DNA of 64,000 bases from Macrostomum lignano. Lineage: Eukaryota. Of the stretch, positions 12,665 to 46,285 are shown one piece after another. Position 1 is the stretch's first letter; every line of letters begins with the position of its first letter. The stretch covers positions 205,882 to 269,881 of the forward strand of contig NIVC01001355.1 of assembly GCA_002269645.1 (NCBI GenBank), in the 5' to 3' direction. Both the position numbers and the translations under genes were made by a program. The notes beneath the pieces were generated by a model. That model was not told where the DNA came from, did not search any database, and saw only the letters and a list, made by a program, of their open reading frames with translations.

Positions 12665-12710
<46 letters not shown>
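12350..12710. repeat. (GACA)n microsatellite
   Basis: ~360 bp of GACA with CACA/TAAG variants. Source of the SVCL and RQTD ORFs. Confidence 0.97.
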
Positions 12711-12711
<1 letters not shown>

Positions 12712-13285
12712 GCTCCAGTATGTAACTAGCTAGCTATAATACCCCTATTTTATTGGTCATGCACACGGGGCATTCATTATTCGCAGGCAAAAAGTGGTGG
12801 AAAGGAAATTGGCAAACTTGACGAATCAAGCCGAGCTCCTCAAACGCGGATATTGCCTCGTTTCATTCGTTTCAATCAATTTTTAATGGCGCGGCCCGTC
12901 ACGCTATGCCGGATATTGGGTGGATAATAATAGGAGAAAAAGTTCTCAAAGCAATTAAGCACATTGTTTGGGCGCACTCAGCTTTAAATCGTATCCAGCT
13001 CACTTCTCACTTTGGCCTTCTACTATGGGTTACCTCTGGATCCCCGCAATCAGAGCAATCAGATTCAATAGTAATTTTTTGAACTCTTACAAATTAATGT
13101 AATCGAGACGTACTTCGATCGTAGTACATGAGGTGCAAAGTTTGAATATTGTCTGCTAGATAATAATTTAGTGTGAAATGAATGATCAAAATTTATACGA
13201 ATTTATTTTACCTTAAAAAATACACGTAAGTTGTTCCTAGTTCTCAAGTACTAGGTACTCCAGTACATTCTTAGACGTCTCCCAA

Positions 13286-13479
<194 letters not shown>

Positions 13480-13569
13480 CACGGCAGTGGCCCGGCAGAC
13501 AGTGGAAAGTATATCCATTCGATTGTACATACGATCTTATTGTGTGGCTTCGGAATGAAACCCCAAATT

Positions 13570-15964
13570 ATGACTACGTCCATGAATCGAACTCAGGACC
13601 TTTTGGAGTACGTAGACTCACTAATCAAGATTTAATATGATTTCGGTACGAGTACAGTTGTTGATCCAGTATGCACGAAAGCCTCACAGCGTTTTAAATA
13701 CCTGCCAATCTCAATCACAATCCCAGAGAATTCCCAGACGACGAGTGCCTGATAGTCAGGGCGTCTCCAGACCGCAGTGTCTGGGCTGTCGGCCTGGCCA
13801 GCGGCCGGGTGCAGCTGCTCCGGGCTGCCGCCGACGCCGCTACAGTTGTCCAGACTCTATTCGACGCCGTCAGCCAGGAGAAGCAGGCCGTCACTGGGCT
13901 GGTCTTTCTTCCAACTGAACTGTCGCTAAAGAAGAGTCCGGGCAGCCTGCTGATTGCCAGCTACGCGACAGGACAGATCCGCTTTTGGCGCTACACAACT
14001 GCAGCCAGCCAGCAGCAGCCGTCGCCTCCCCAGCTGCTCTGGACTCTCACCGAGGAGCGAAGTGTCGAGAGCGTCGGCGTCTCCGGCGGCGGCGGCGGTA
14101 GCAAGAACAATCAGATCCTCTGCCTGGCCTGCTCTGCCGACGGCCAGCGATTCCTTACAGGCGGGGCCGACGGCGGGATTCGGGTCTACGACACTCGACG
14201 TCGAGGCCTAAGCAATCTGTGCCAGGCGGGCAGCCTCACGGCTGGCCGGGTGGACGGTCACCGTGGCCGAGTCTGCGCCTTGGCCTACCATCCTCAGGGC
14301 AGGCGCCGGCCGGCCGAGTTCGGTCACCTGTTCGTGTCCGGCGGCTGGGACAACACTGTCCAGATTTGGGACGACCGTCGGCAGCGCAGCCTGTGGGTGT
14401 ACTTTGGTCCTCACGTGTGCGGCTCGGACGCTATCGATGTTGACCCGGCGCAGGGCCATATTCTCACTGGCAGCTGGGAGCGGCACAAATCCATGCTGCA
14501 GGTGATTGTCTTCAATGTTCCATTTACATGTACCAAGCTCAAAACTGTAGAATAATCGAAAAGTTATGAAGAAGACCGATTCACTCCCAAGTTGACTTTG
14601 AATTTTTATAGTTAGGCCTCTTCTCAATGAACGCACACCTGTAATCGGGCTGCAGGTGTGGAAATTCAACGAAGACGCGGCACACGGCCGGCTCGATTTG
14701 GACGACAAATCGGTGCAGGAGGACATGCTGCGCGGCCGGCCGCTGGGCGAGCTGCAGCAGGACCCTACTGGGACGCCGTCAATGGGCTACGTAGCCCAGT
14801 GGCTGGGCACTCAGTACATGGTCTTCGCTGGCAGCAACGCCAATGCACTGAAAATTGTGGACAGGAGCACGCTAAACGTACGTTGATGCATCCATCTTGA
14901 GGCCCTAAAATGATTTCACAAACTGAAGCGGAAGGGTAGCAGAAGTAGAAAATTAAAAGGACGCGACACCTGTATCTCCAGAAAATTTTTCGTAGGTGCG
15001 TTTTCTATTCTAAAAAATCTACTAGCGAGATAAACAAAAGTCAATTTTTGGAGCCTATAGGTTTACAACTTCAAGTTTCAGAGTAAAAAATACGTCGTCG
15101 ATTCAGAGACACCACAAGCCCAAATTTCAGAGTTCATTCAAAGTTTACACGAAGATGCTAACCTGGAGTTACGAATTTCATTATATATGGAATAAGTTTG
15201 AATTATCATGGGTCCAAATATTCTCGCAAGCATGCACGAGTACATTGTAGACGGACTCAGTATTTTCCATGATCTAGCTGATTCGTTGCATGCGAACAAA
15301 AGCCTTTGTTGCGACCACATTCAAATATTTATGACACTACACGGCGCTATAAAAGCTATAAACACGGTATACTCGTATCCGGCAAAATTAACTTGAAAAC
15401 GTGCGCACGAGTGGCTTTCAATGGGACCTTCTTTGCCACGTCAGAGCTTGAGTTGGAATTTATTGCAGATCTGCACGAGAAGAAAAATGGTAGCTGTGGG
15501 TTGCAAACTATACCGGGTACCTTGCACCTGTGCTTAAACTCACTGTATCAGAGAGCTGTATTGACAAGTTGTAAAATAATAAAATTACTTCCTAGGTAGC
15601 TAGGCACTCTAAATGATTGGAGTATGCTAAAGTGTAGTGACAGTGCCAAAATCTGTACGCACGGTGCTACTGCCACCACACGGCACTAGCTATTGATAAA
15701 TGTATCTACGTTTAAAAATGTTACTTATAGCGTTTAACGTAATTAACCACCGAACGCAAACACCTGCAGATCGTAGCCGGTATTGTGAGCCTACCAAAAG
15801 GCGTCTATTCTCTGGCTTCTCTGCCGCAGGATTCTTCTAGCACTGGCCCAGCTTCCGGCTCCATCGCTGGCGGCTCAAGCATTGGAGAAAGCAGGCGACT
15901 GGCTCACCGACTCGCCTTCTGCGCGGGAAATCGCCTCTACGTGATGAAGTTCGAACGTAAATGA
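13570..15964 (+). CDS. WD40-repeat (beta-propeller) protein, ~409 aa if the first exon is right
   Basis: Exons 13570-13607 (tentative, MTTSMNRTQDLLE), 13727-14501, 14656-14877 and 15770-15964, all GT-AG and in frame. WD motifs include ILCLACSADGQRFLTGGADGGIRVYD, GHRGRVCALAYHP..LFVSGGWDNTVQIWD and GPHVCGSDAIDVDP..HILTGSW. Ends LYVMKFERK*. Confidence 0.85.
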
Positions 15965-16042
15965 TTAATTATCACTGAATTGATTATGAAGATGAACACT
16001 TCAATTTTTCACCATTAATTAGTTAGCTAATCTCATGCGTTG

Positions 16043-16953
16043 GTAGCGACTTATCTCTGCAGCTTCGAGGTTGATCACAAGATTGGTCACAGACAGTAGC
16101 GAGTTATCTCTGCAGCTTCGAGGTTGATCACAAGATTGGTCACAGACAGTAGCGAGTTATCTCTGTAGCTTCGAGGTTGATCACAAGATTGGTCACAGAC
16201 AGTAGCGAGTTATCTCTGCAGCTTCGAGGTTGATCACAAGATTGGTCACAGACAGTAGCGAGTTATCTCTGCAGCTTCGAGGTTGATCACAAGATTGGTC
16301 ACAGACAGTAGCGAGTTATCTCTGCAGCTTCGAGGTTGATCACAAGATTGGTCACAGACAGTAGCGAGTTATCTCTGTAGCTTCGAGGTTGATCACAAGA
16401 TTGGTCACAGGCAGTAGCGAGTTATCTCTGCAGCTTCGAGATTGATCACAAGATTGGTCACAGGCAGTAGCGAGTTATCTCTGCAGCTTCGAGATTGATC
16501 ACAAGATTGGTCACAGGCAGTAGCGAGTTATCTCTGCAGCTTCGAGGTTGATCACAAGATTGGTCACAGGCAGTAGTGAGTTATCTCTGCAGCTTCGAGG
16601 TTGATCACAAGATTGGTCACAGACAGTAGCGAGTTATCTCTGTAGCTTCGAGGTTGATCACAAGATTGGTCACAGACAGTAGCGAGTTATCTCTGCAGCT
16701 TCGAGGTTGATCACAAGATTGGTCACAGACAGTAGCGAGTTATCTCTGTAGCTTCGAGGTTGATCACAAGATTGGTCACAGACAGTAGCGAGTTATCTCT
16801 GCAGCTTCGAGGTTGATCACAAGATTGGTCACAGGCAGTAGCGAGTTATCTCTGTAGCTTCGAGGTTGATCACAAGATTGGTCACAGGCAGTAGTGAGTT
16901 ATCTCTGCAGCTTCGAGGTTGATCACAAGATTGGTCACAGGCAGTAGTGAGTT
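16043..16953. repeat. 53-bp minisatellite, ~17 copies
   Basis: Unit CGAGTTATCTCTGCAGCTTCGAGGTTGATCACAAGATTGGTCACAGACAGTAG, near-identical copies, starting ~80 bp after the WD40 stop. Confidence 0.97.
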
Positions 16954-17877
16954 GCCTTTGAATTCAAAAGTTTCAACTCATTTGAACAAATATAAAATCG
17001 ATTTCTATATTATTTAAATGGAACTTTCCGCCGTAGTCAACTCTGATATGCGAACGCACCGTAACGGCTTTACGCACTTATTTAAAAACTTTTAAATTCT
17101 CTTTCTTCATTGAAAACAGCAAGAGTAAACATTCATATGAAAATTGAAATTTTGTGCCTCTATTTTTCGCTTTTTTTACTTTTCGTTTGTATTTATCAAT
17201 TTTAGCAGTTTTTCTACTGATCTGAGTTTTTAGCCCAGCTTAGCTAATCATGCAATACTCGGAAATCTCTTTTTATCGCAATTTCTCGAATATTTACAAA
17301 TCAGTAGTTGCTACAGTAGTATTTAGCATACAAAATGCTTATTTTGTATTTAACCAACAAATATTTCATTTATTATAGCGACATGCCGACATTTCCTGTC
17401 GCTTCTGCTTTACTAACAGTAGCTACTAACGAATCTGCATTCCCTTTTTCCACACTAGTATTTTGGCTATTCTCTGTCATTCTTTACCAGCAACTCATTC
17501 AATTAGTCAATTCGTGCAAAAAATGCTTTTTAGCCAGATATTTAAACTTTGAAACATTGGAACAAACTTTTTTTATCAAATATATTATTTCAAGTTCTTC
17601 CACCAATGAAGACACGGACTCTGCTCTGTAGAGACTTAGATTTTACCATTTTTCGGCTCTGCCACCTGATTTTGGCTTCCAGCTGCTCAGATGCTATAAT
17701 TCTGTTTATTAAAGAGCATCAGCGGCAAAGTAAATGCAATGGCATTGATTAATTAGCGATCTGCTTTCATTTATTTTTGTAAGTTGCTTGTACTCAGCTA
17801 GGTTTTTTAGTAAAAAAGACAAATATTTATCTTCTTGACCATTCTCTTCCATTTTTCACCGTCAGGTACTTCAGGCC

Positions 17878-18262
17878 AAGGCTTAGCCAATCAGGGTAGA
17901 GCTGATAGGCTGGGGCAAGATGGGGGAGGGTTTCACAAACAAAAGAGAGATAACGGAGAGAAAGAAAGTCCGGCTCAGCCAAGCAGGGCAGATAGGCTGA
18001 GACAAGAGGGAGAAGGCCGGGGTCACAAACAACCGAGGGAGAGATAAAGAGCGAGAGGGCCTGGCTCAGTCAATCAGGATAGAGCTGATAGCCTGGGGCA
18101 AGAGGGTGGAGGAGGGGTCACAAACAAAAGGGGGAGACACGGAGAGAGAGAGACCGGCTCAGCCAATCAAGATAGAGCTGATAGCCTGGGGCAAGAGGGT
18201 GGAGGAGTGGTCACAAACAAAAGGGGGAGACACGGAGAGAGAGAGAACGGCTCAGCCAATCA
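17878..18262. repeat. ~90-bp diverged tandem repeat (4-5 copies) with CCAAT motifs
   Basis: Unit ~GGCTCAGCCAATCAGGATAGAGCTGATAGCCTGGGGCAAGAGGGTGGAGGAGGGGTCACAAACAAAAGGGGGAGACACGGAGAGAGAGAGACC. AATAAA follows at ~18381. Confidence 0.75.
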
Positions 18263-19106
18263 GCGACACCCGGGCACACCAGACAGGGGAGGCGCAAAGC
18301 CTCAGTCCACCGCCAACCAGCCTTAACCCTCTGGAGCCGAGACTTCCCGAGACTGACATTCACATCAGTGCAAGCAAGACAATAAATAATAAAACCACAC
18401 TACTGAGGTACAGAAAGCAAAGATACAGTATGATATTCCAATACTATAAGTACGAGCTCTGTAACCAGGTACAACAATGGCCGACGCTAAGATAACCTAA
18501 GGCACTGAATACATGCATGTAGCAGATTATTCTATTAACATCGAGAGGTTGGTCTCGACATTGAACTCCAAACTTCAAGGTTCGATTGAGAACACGAGTG
18601 CAGTTCTGAACTGATTTTCACCCAGAAGAAGGGAGTGAGCTTATAGTTTTCTCTGAATAATTCCTTGCCATCGCCATGCGCTGCTGCATTTCAGAGCATT
18701 TTTATCGCGACTCACAAGTGAGGGCTGCTCTAAAGTAGCTGCCCCATGGGGGAAGCAATCAACTCGCACTATTTACCTGTAATGTTTCTCTCGTTACCCT
18801 TGGTAACCAATCAGCCTCTATCTCAATTAATTATTCAATCCGTGACCAAGAGACAGAGGGACAGCGCAATCAAAAGTCGCTCTATGAATTATTGATGCCA
18901 GGCTGACCACAGGCGACAGTACTTGGAGAATAGGATTTCGGGATAATTAACCTTGTCGGCCGGGATGCTCAGCAACTTTTATAAAGCCAACCAAACTCAA
19001 GCGCTCCCGACCGCAGCTACAATTTGAGTAGTTCATCGTCAAGACTTCGCTCTGCTCAAGCTTTGCCTGAACTTCTCCAGTGATCTCCAGTCGCTAAAGC
19101 GCACTG

Positions 19107-38813
<19,707 letters not shown>

Positions 38814-39704
38814 AGGCGGTTGTGCAGATTACCACCGGAAGAGTTTGAAATTGGTGGCTTTTTTTGAAGCCAATTCAACTAACGCTCTGGGATTTTCATT
38901 GTTTTTGTAGACTCTACAGAGCAATAACTCGCAATCAGAGTAGTAAATTCCTATCGTTAATTAAAACTAAAATAAATATATGCCACTATAAATTGTTACG
39001 AACTAAAGCACCACTTGATATAATGGCTAACTGCAATAAAGATTTAGTTCTGAACTTTCTTTGTACTACACTTGTACTACATGATGGCGAAAAGCCGTCT
39101 TTTATATCGTTGTTTCTTTTCATTTTCAATTGTCGTACGTACAACGGTGTATGCCGTACGCTACACTCTCTGCCCAACATTATTCATGACTCATTCTCTC
39201 GCCTAAACTTGTTTACCAATTTTTGACCAATCATGCATCGCTTCACCCTCGCATCCAATATCGACTAATAAATTTATTGAGCAAACAAAGCCACCTTACC
39301 AAACACCTGACGAATGACAGCTCAGTACTGGTTGGACAGACCTGGAAGGGTCTAATTGGTGTTTCAAGTAGTGATTGACTAGGTGTCGGGCTGATGCTCT
39401 TAACTGCTGCTGCTATGGCTTGCTAAGTGAATCGATTCATTCAGTAAGAGTTCCAGTCCAATCTTGTATAAATGGGCTGGATCACGGCTGACAAAAAAAG
39501 AAGACAACTCCTAAAGACCGCGTCTTAAAATAAGCAGGAACCAAGTTGTTTATTACAACCAAGTTTACACACACCTGGTATAACTGAAAATGCCTCATCA
39601 GGTTTGAGATTTTTAAAATGGCACAAAATCACAAATTTTGCTACACGTACCCAAGGCGACGTCACCGTTGCTATGGGGGTAGTTATAATGAAAAATAGTC
39701 AAAC

Positions 39705-42589
39705 TCAGGTAGCAGTGCCGTTGACATTTTCGTCGTTATCAGCTGTCGAATCGTTGCGACCATCAATGTCAGACCGCCTGACTGGCGGTGCCGCTTCGGT
39801 GTCGAACTTTTCTTCAAAAGACAGCACTTGACGATTAAGCAGTCGGGGCGCTAACAAAGAAATAAGAATGGCGCCAAGGGGCGCAGTTATAACAATGGCT
39901 AGCACGGACACTGTCAATATCTGGGCACCCATGGCCTGAGCTTTGGGTCCGGCGCCGGTTCTGCAAGTTGAATAAATTGGTTTGGGCATTGTGGTTAATT
40001 TAATGTTAGCAGATTCCGGACTAATTCGGCCTTTGTCGGTGCCACTAACCTTACGACGTATGTATCGCACCTTTTAGTGCAGAACTAACTCCTAGTATTT
40101 CTTTGTGTGGGCACCGTGGCGCAACGCCTTCGGCGGCATCGGTTAGACAATTTTATCCATTTCGAAGACTCCTGAGCACACACAAACGCACGGATACTGT
40201 GTGCCGACATCCAATCATACCTACGCTCACACAGAGTGTACAGCGGCTCTTGACTTTTTTCGTTAGGCATGTACACTTTCTGTGCCTTGGGGTTGGCTCT
40301 CGTGGGTGTGAATTGAAACCCTCAACCAATTTTTTTAAGTACATTCCACAAATAAATGTGGCCACGCCGCACAGAATTGAAACAGATCGAGAGCACCGCT
40401 GAATTGCTTTCCCCCTAGAAGTACTCTGACCGAACGCACCTGTAGGCAGTGTCCAACACGGCTGCCCAATAACAGCCTGCACGGTGGCCTTGGGCAGCCA
40501 GGCAAACGGAATGAAGAATCGCTCCCTTACGGTGAAACCCGCCCCAGTCACGGCGACAAACGCGGCAATCATGCGGAACAGCAGTCCGATGAACAGCGTG
40601 GCCAAGATATAACCGATAGCGTCGGCTTGAAGGCTCCCAACGTCGATTTCAAAGCCGATAAGGCCGAAAAGCATCGGCTGCGCGATCCTCCAGCAGACTT
40701 CCAGCTGGAAAGCGGGTTGTGATTGAAATTGCCATCAATTTAAATATTCCTGCCCTTAATAATCTATGTTGGCAATCAAGGAACAATCCCTACAAAGGAA
40801 CAACCCTACAAGGAACAATCCCTACAAGGAACAATCCCTGCAAGGAACAATCCCTACAAGGAACAATCCCTACAAGGAACAATCCCTACAAGGAACAATC
40901 CCTACAAGGAACAATCCCTGCAAGGAACAATCCCTACAAGGAACAATCCCTACAAGGAACAACCCTACAAGGAACAACCCTACAAGGAACAATCCCTACA
41001 AGGAACAATCCCTACAAGGAACAACCCTACAAGGAACAATCCCTACAAGGAAAAATCCCTACAAGGAACAATCCCTGCAAGGAACAATCCCTACAAGGAA
41101 CAATCCCTGCAAGGAACAATCCCTACAAGGAACAATCCCTAGAAGGAACAATCCCTACAAGGAACAACCCTACAAGGAACAATCCCTACAAGGAACAATC
41201 CCTACAAGGAACAATCCCTAAGATGAACAATCCCTAAGATGAACAATCCCTACAATGAAAAATCCCTACAAGGAACAATCCCTACAAGGAACAATCCCTA
41301 CAAGGAACAACCCTACAAAACAATTGATGGAGATCTAAAAAAAGATTGGATCTTATCAGTATTGACTATAACCTCCAGGACGCACCGGTCCTAACAGTGG
41401 ATTTTCCTCATCTGACCAGCCATCGCGAGAGCGCCAGCCGATGGCCGCCATGAAAGCGACAGTAAGGCAGGCCAGAGCCCCGGCGCCATGCAGTTTGAGT
41501 GCAACAGAGCCAAGCAGTGAGATGATGCCGCTGGCTAATAGAAAGCAAAATCTGAAAAATAGGAAGCGGCGGTGACCAGCTGGTGGCAGGAACCACAGCA
41601 ACACGCCCAGGATGAGTCCAACGACGATGCCTAGTAGAGCTTCTAGCGGGCCGCGGGCGATGGTCAGAGCAAGGCTCTCATTGCCGCCGAACACGACGCT
41701 AAGCAGTACGCCGAACCCTGTAATTGCCAGCACATCGTCGACGCTAGCAGCCGCAATAAGTAGCGTCGGAATCCCCTTGGCAACGCCGTAGCCCTCCGAG
41801 CCGATAGCCAGCATGGATGGCACAACAACAGCCGGAGAAACGGCTGCCAGGACGAAGCCCAATAGGAAACCGTAAGTCCAGCGCAGTTTAAGCAGCAGGT
41901 GGGACGCGAAGCCAATAGTTACAGCCTCGGTTATGCAGGGTGAGAAAGCCAGCAGGACGACGTGCAGGGACAGAGCGCGCAGCCGCTTCGGGTCGAGGCC
42001 CAGACCGGCTCGCAGTAGAATGATGCACAGAGCCACGCTTCGCAGAGTTGACGACAGAGTCTTGTCGATGCCGAGAGCGAATTTCGCCAGAAACGGGACG
42101 CTGCGCATAAAGCAGCCGGCAATGAGCATGCCGAGCAGTTTTGGACAACGGGGAATCAGACCGAACAGCTCGCCTGTGAGCATGGAAATCGTGAATACCA
42201 GGTAGAGACCGAACAAGCCGCCAGTGCAGTTCAGCTTCTTTGATGGGGTGCCAGCGTTGGATTGATTTGATTTTGTCGAGTTGCTACTGTTAGTAGACTC
42301 TGGCAGTTGCGCCGTCACGCAAGAGCCAGGCACAGACCGGTCAGGGACCAGAGACCAGAGTGTGGCATACATCAGCAGCAAAATAGTTATGCCAGTTAAC
42401 AGTCTGCCAGTTCGACCGTGGGGCGGGCACAGCAAGTCGTGATGCAGTTTCTGGGCTATGCTAGGGTCGTCTGGCAGCTGGTGCCTCTCTGCAAGGCACC
42501 AATTGTAGCAAGTTCTGTCGCAGCACGCGTGCAGGCTGAGGTGGCTCGGCCATCTCCCTCACTGAACCATCAGGCGGTTCTTTTACTGC
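39705..42589 (-). CDS. SLC9B: Na+/H+ antiporter of the NHA/SLC9B (CPA2) family; N-terminus not resolved; apparent frameshift at ~40465
   Basis: Exons ~42589-41386, 40704-40440 and 39960-39705. Motifs LLCPPHG, LLGMLIAG, LRSVALCIILLRAGLGLDP, GFVLAAVSPAVVVPSML, GIPTLLIAAASVDDVLAI, AQPMLFGLIG, AWLPKATVQA and ILTVSVLAIVITAPLGAILI are characteristic of SLC9B1/2. Confidence 0.93.
40785..41320. repeat. 16-bp minisatellite in an SLC9B intron, ~33 copies
   Basis: Unit ACAAGGAACAATCCCT. Confidence 0.96.
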
Positions 42590-43483
42590 CTGGAATAGCA
42601 GGGTTTGAATTGTATTGTATGAGAGCCAGTAAAATGTTGCATCGGTTTAACCTTTCTATACGAGTTCGTAGCTATACATTCAACGTCCTACTTAAGTGCT
42701 GACTATTTTAGCTAAGGCATTGAGTTGAGATCAGTTACAATTAAGTAATGCGCTGCAACATTTTTTGATTTTTGTTGTTGATAAACAAATGTCCTAATTT
42801 TAGTGGCTAAGCTATACGATCAAATATTAAATAAACATATAAGTTGCAGAGCATAAACATTGATTCCATATTCACGCAAAACATTTCCTACAAACGACAT
42901 CATCTGCTTACTGCCTTAAAGAAAATAAGCTAAGCATCAAAATATTTTTAAGTTGATAGAAGTTTGAATGTCTGAGAGATATTCCTAAAAACCTTTGTGA
43001 ACATAAAATGCGAGCTATTTGAGTAGCACATGGACTCTGCAAAGTAAAACATATAAATACGAGCGTACATGCAAGTCTACTATCGAGTTACATGATCGAG
43101 TTACAGAGTCGATCACTTTCTTAAACTTGATTATGGAATCAACAATGAATCTACGAGCTATATCTAGATATTGTGTGCAGAGCTACTTTTTTCTGTCTCG
43201 CTTTTCACAAGAGTGGCTCCAACACGGTCAATTTTTGAGCCTCAAGAATTAAGAGTTAAGACTTCCTGTCATCCCAACGGATTCTACATTGCCCTTCTCC
43301 AATTATCCATCAAACGAAGCTTTTTCAACAAGCTTATTGATTTGACTGATTTAAATTGGTGCCAATTTATTTCCGGTGATTACTTTGCATTTGCTATGTT
43401 GTTTGCTTGTTGCGATTTAGGGTATTCACTTCTCATTCTCATTGAATCTCAGTTGCATTAAAATGCAGCAAGCGTTAGACACT

Positions 43484-43833
43484 AATAATAATAGTGTTAA
43501 TAATAATAACTATGGTGATAATTATAATATTAATAGTAATAACATAATAACTAAATAAATGGGCAGATGGGCAACCAATACCTCAGCAGCAGCTATTGCG
43601 CGGCGCATCTGAAGGCTGCGACGTACGGCTGTTCAGTGCAAGGAGTGGGGGGTCGCCACACACACCGTCAATTACCCCAGCTAATGCTGGCACCCATTTT
43701 ACAGATGGGTGAACTGAAGCAATGCACAGTTATGTGTCTTGCTCAAGGAAGAAAATTGTTTCAGTGGAATCGAAAATCGAATTCTCGACCTTTCAAACGT
43801 GAATCCGACGCTCAATCAGCAGGCTACATCCCC
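43484..43833 (-). mobile_element. SINE family A, full-length, minus strand
   Basis: Reverse complement reads GGGGATGTAGCCTGCTGATTGAGCGTCGGATTCACG..GGTCGAGAATTCGATT..CTTGAGCAAGACAC..GCCAGCATTAGCTGGGGTAATTGA..GGCGACCCCC..CTGAACAGCCGTACG. It aligns with 19651-19955 and has a (TTA)n tail. Confidence 0.85.
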
Positions 43834-44035
43834 TTGCAGGCTAAATCCTCTTGCAGGCTACATCCCTTGCAGGCTAAATCCCCTTGCAGGCTACATCCCC
43901 TTGCAGGCCACATCCCCTTTGCAGGCTACATCCCCTTGCAGGCTACATCCCCTTGCAGGCCACATCCCCTTGCAGGCTACATCCCCTTGCAGGCTACATC
44001 CCCTTGCAGGCTACATCCCCTTGCAGGCTACATCC
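43820..44035. repeat. 17-bp minisatellite derived from the SINE 5' end, ~12-13 copies
   Basis: Unit CAGGCTACATCCCCTTG is the reverse complement of the first ~15 nt of the adjacent SINE head plus flank. Confidence 0.92.
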
Positions 44036-46285
44036 ATGCACTACGGTACCAATACCATGCAAAAATCGTGGCGTGGCCTATTTTCTCTTAATGACGGTTG
44101 ACAACTCGTGAAAAGAGTACTTCTACAAAAACTCATCTACTCGACCGTGCATGGGTGACAGCTACAGTACATTTTATTCTTGGAGCACATATTTTAATGT
44201 ATTACCTACTTTTTACCCGATTCGCTCGTAAGCTGACGCTTTACAGAGAAAGTGAGTACCTCCTGAATTCAGCACTAAATCAATTTAATTACCTCACCTT
44301 CTGGACTTCCAATAGCAAATTAAGCAAGTATACGTTTGGTCCATGGCGCATTCACAAGGTTGCCAATTAGTTGAAAGGTTAAAAATGCCAGAAATGAAAC
44401 CGGCCGGACTAAAAGTATAATTTGGGCAAATTATGTCTCTTACGAAGTATATTGTGAGTAATTATTCTAATAAGACTTTTTTAGACTGACAAGTATAGCT
44501 ATTCGCGGTCAAGACTGTCTGGGGTAGAGCCTTTTTTATGAAGCACAATTTTTGCTATGTACTGATGCACATTAACCATGGCCTTGGACCACAGACAGCG
44601 GAAGTTAAACGTACTCTACGAGCTACATGCAGCTCGATTCACTACATTTACGAGCTTACTATCGGGTAAAACTTCGAGAATCCGTCCAAAAAGGATGCTC
44701 AGAAATACAGGCAATTTTTTTGTTTTAATTTTGCCTTAAATTTTCTACAAGCATTCTGTCCCCAGCATATTCAAAAACCGTCGATAAAAAAGCAATGCCT
44801 GAGAATTGCCGCGAGACAGGCCGAAGCATGCATATGTCTGCGTCTAGTACTGACTTCGATGGATATCTAGCTGCAAGATAGTTGACATTAATAAATTGGT
44901 AACTAATCTTGGTTTACATGGCGAATAAGAAAGAAATCTTAAAAACTTTGATCGGATTAATACTTGGCTTCCTCGTAAATTCACACTTCCTCAAATTGAG
45001 TTGGAGCAAATAAGTATAACTGTTCACGATTAATTTGAACTTCTGGACTTCTTTAAGCAAATGAGGAGAAAAGGTGAAAAGCTTATCCATCTATACTAAA
45101 CAAAGAAAGGGCCGTCAGACCAAAAGTTTCCCGATAGAGCAGCAGGTCAAGAATAATGCATCCTCGCCCAACCAATCAGAACTTCAAGCTGCCGCGGTGT
45201 GACCATGCAGGAAGTTCACCGCAGTGACCGAGAAAACCAGGCAGGGTGCTGCCGCTATTCTTAGACGATGAATGCTGTTTGCTTCTGTTTGTCGATGATT
45301 ATATCTGATATCTGGGGAGTCTTAGTCGCTGACTCGATATACATGTATGACGAGGGGCCGGCAGCCCTTTTTTCGTATGAAGGGGAGGAAATGAGAGTTG
45401 CGAGCGGGTCGGCAACGTTAGTGGCCGTGAGCAGGACAGGTCAGAATCCTTAGTAGTCCTTAAGGCTTCTCCGTCCAAAAAGTATAAGAGCTATTGCCCT
45501 TGTATTGCCCGCCAATATTTTTCTTCTTCTTCCCGACGCGCCATAAGAAATAATCATAAAATCAATAAAAACGAGATAAAAGCAGACTAAGGACAAAGTT
45601 ACTTATTATTTTTTATTGAATTTCAGTGTTATACAATCTACTGGTGTTCATTTATTCGTTTGGATTTGCACAATCGTATCATGATGAATGTGCCATATTG
45701 TTTAATATACGAGTACACTGCACTTTATGCCGACGGATCAAATGATACTAAAATCCGTTTTCTTGGCACGCGAAGGTGTATTCAGCACGCCAGTGAAGTA
45801 TGAGACAGACTAGGCCTATGGGCTACGGTCTGCGATGCTTCACCCCTGCCCCTATCTTTGGCAGGTCAAGGCTGGTGGGAGGTCTGCACCCTCTATTTGC
45901 CTCTGGCAGCCGCAGACCCCCCCCCACGCTGTCTCGCAAGTCGACCCAGGGTACTCGTCCCCGCGTGTGTTCAAGGCAGACCCTAGGGCTGCTGGACAGA
46001 CTGGGCTCCGGCGCTGGCGACCCTATCCAGTGGCTTCGGCCGAATTTGGGTATGCGGGTCTGGCTCGCCAACCTGCAGGCCGTAGTACTGCTCAACGTAC
46101 TCTCTAATGCCTAAGGTGTTGACCGTGCCGATGGGCTGGAAGGCCGGGGAGTAGTCCGGTCGCAAGCGGTCCCCCTCCTGGTGTCGGGCCAGCCTTGAGG
46201 GTTCTATTGGCCTACTGCCCGGTCAGGTGGAGCGGCCGGGTGGGTACCGCGCCCCTTTGAGGGTAGCCCACCAACCTTTTATCAT

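Noticed and set aside
16043-16953. CRISPR-like regular array (also 26236-27942)
   Set aside because: Head-to-tail units with no unique spacers, no cas genes, and a eukaryotic context.
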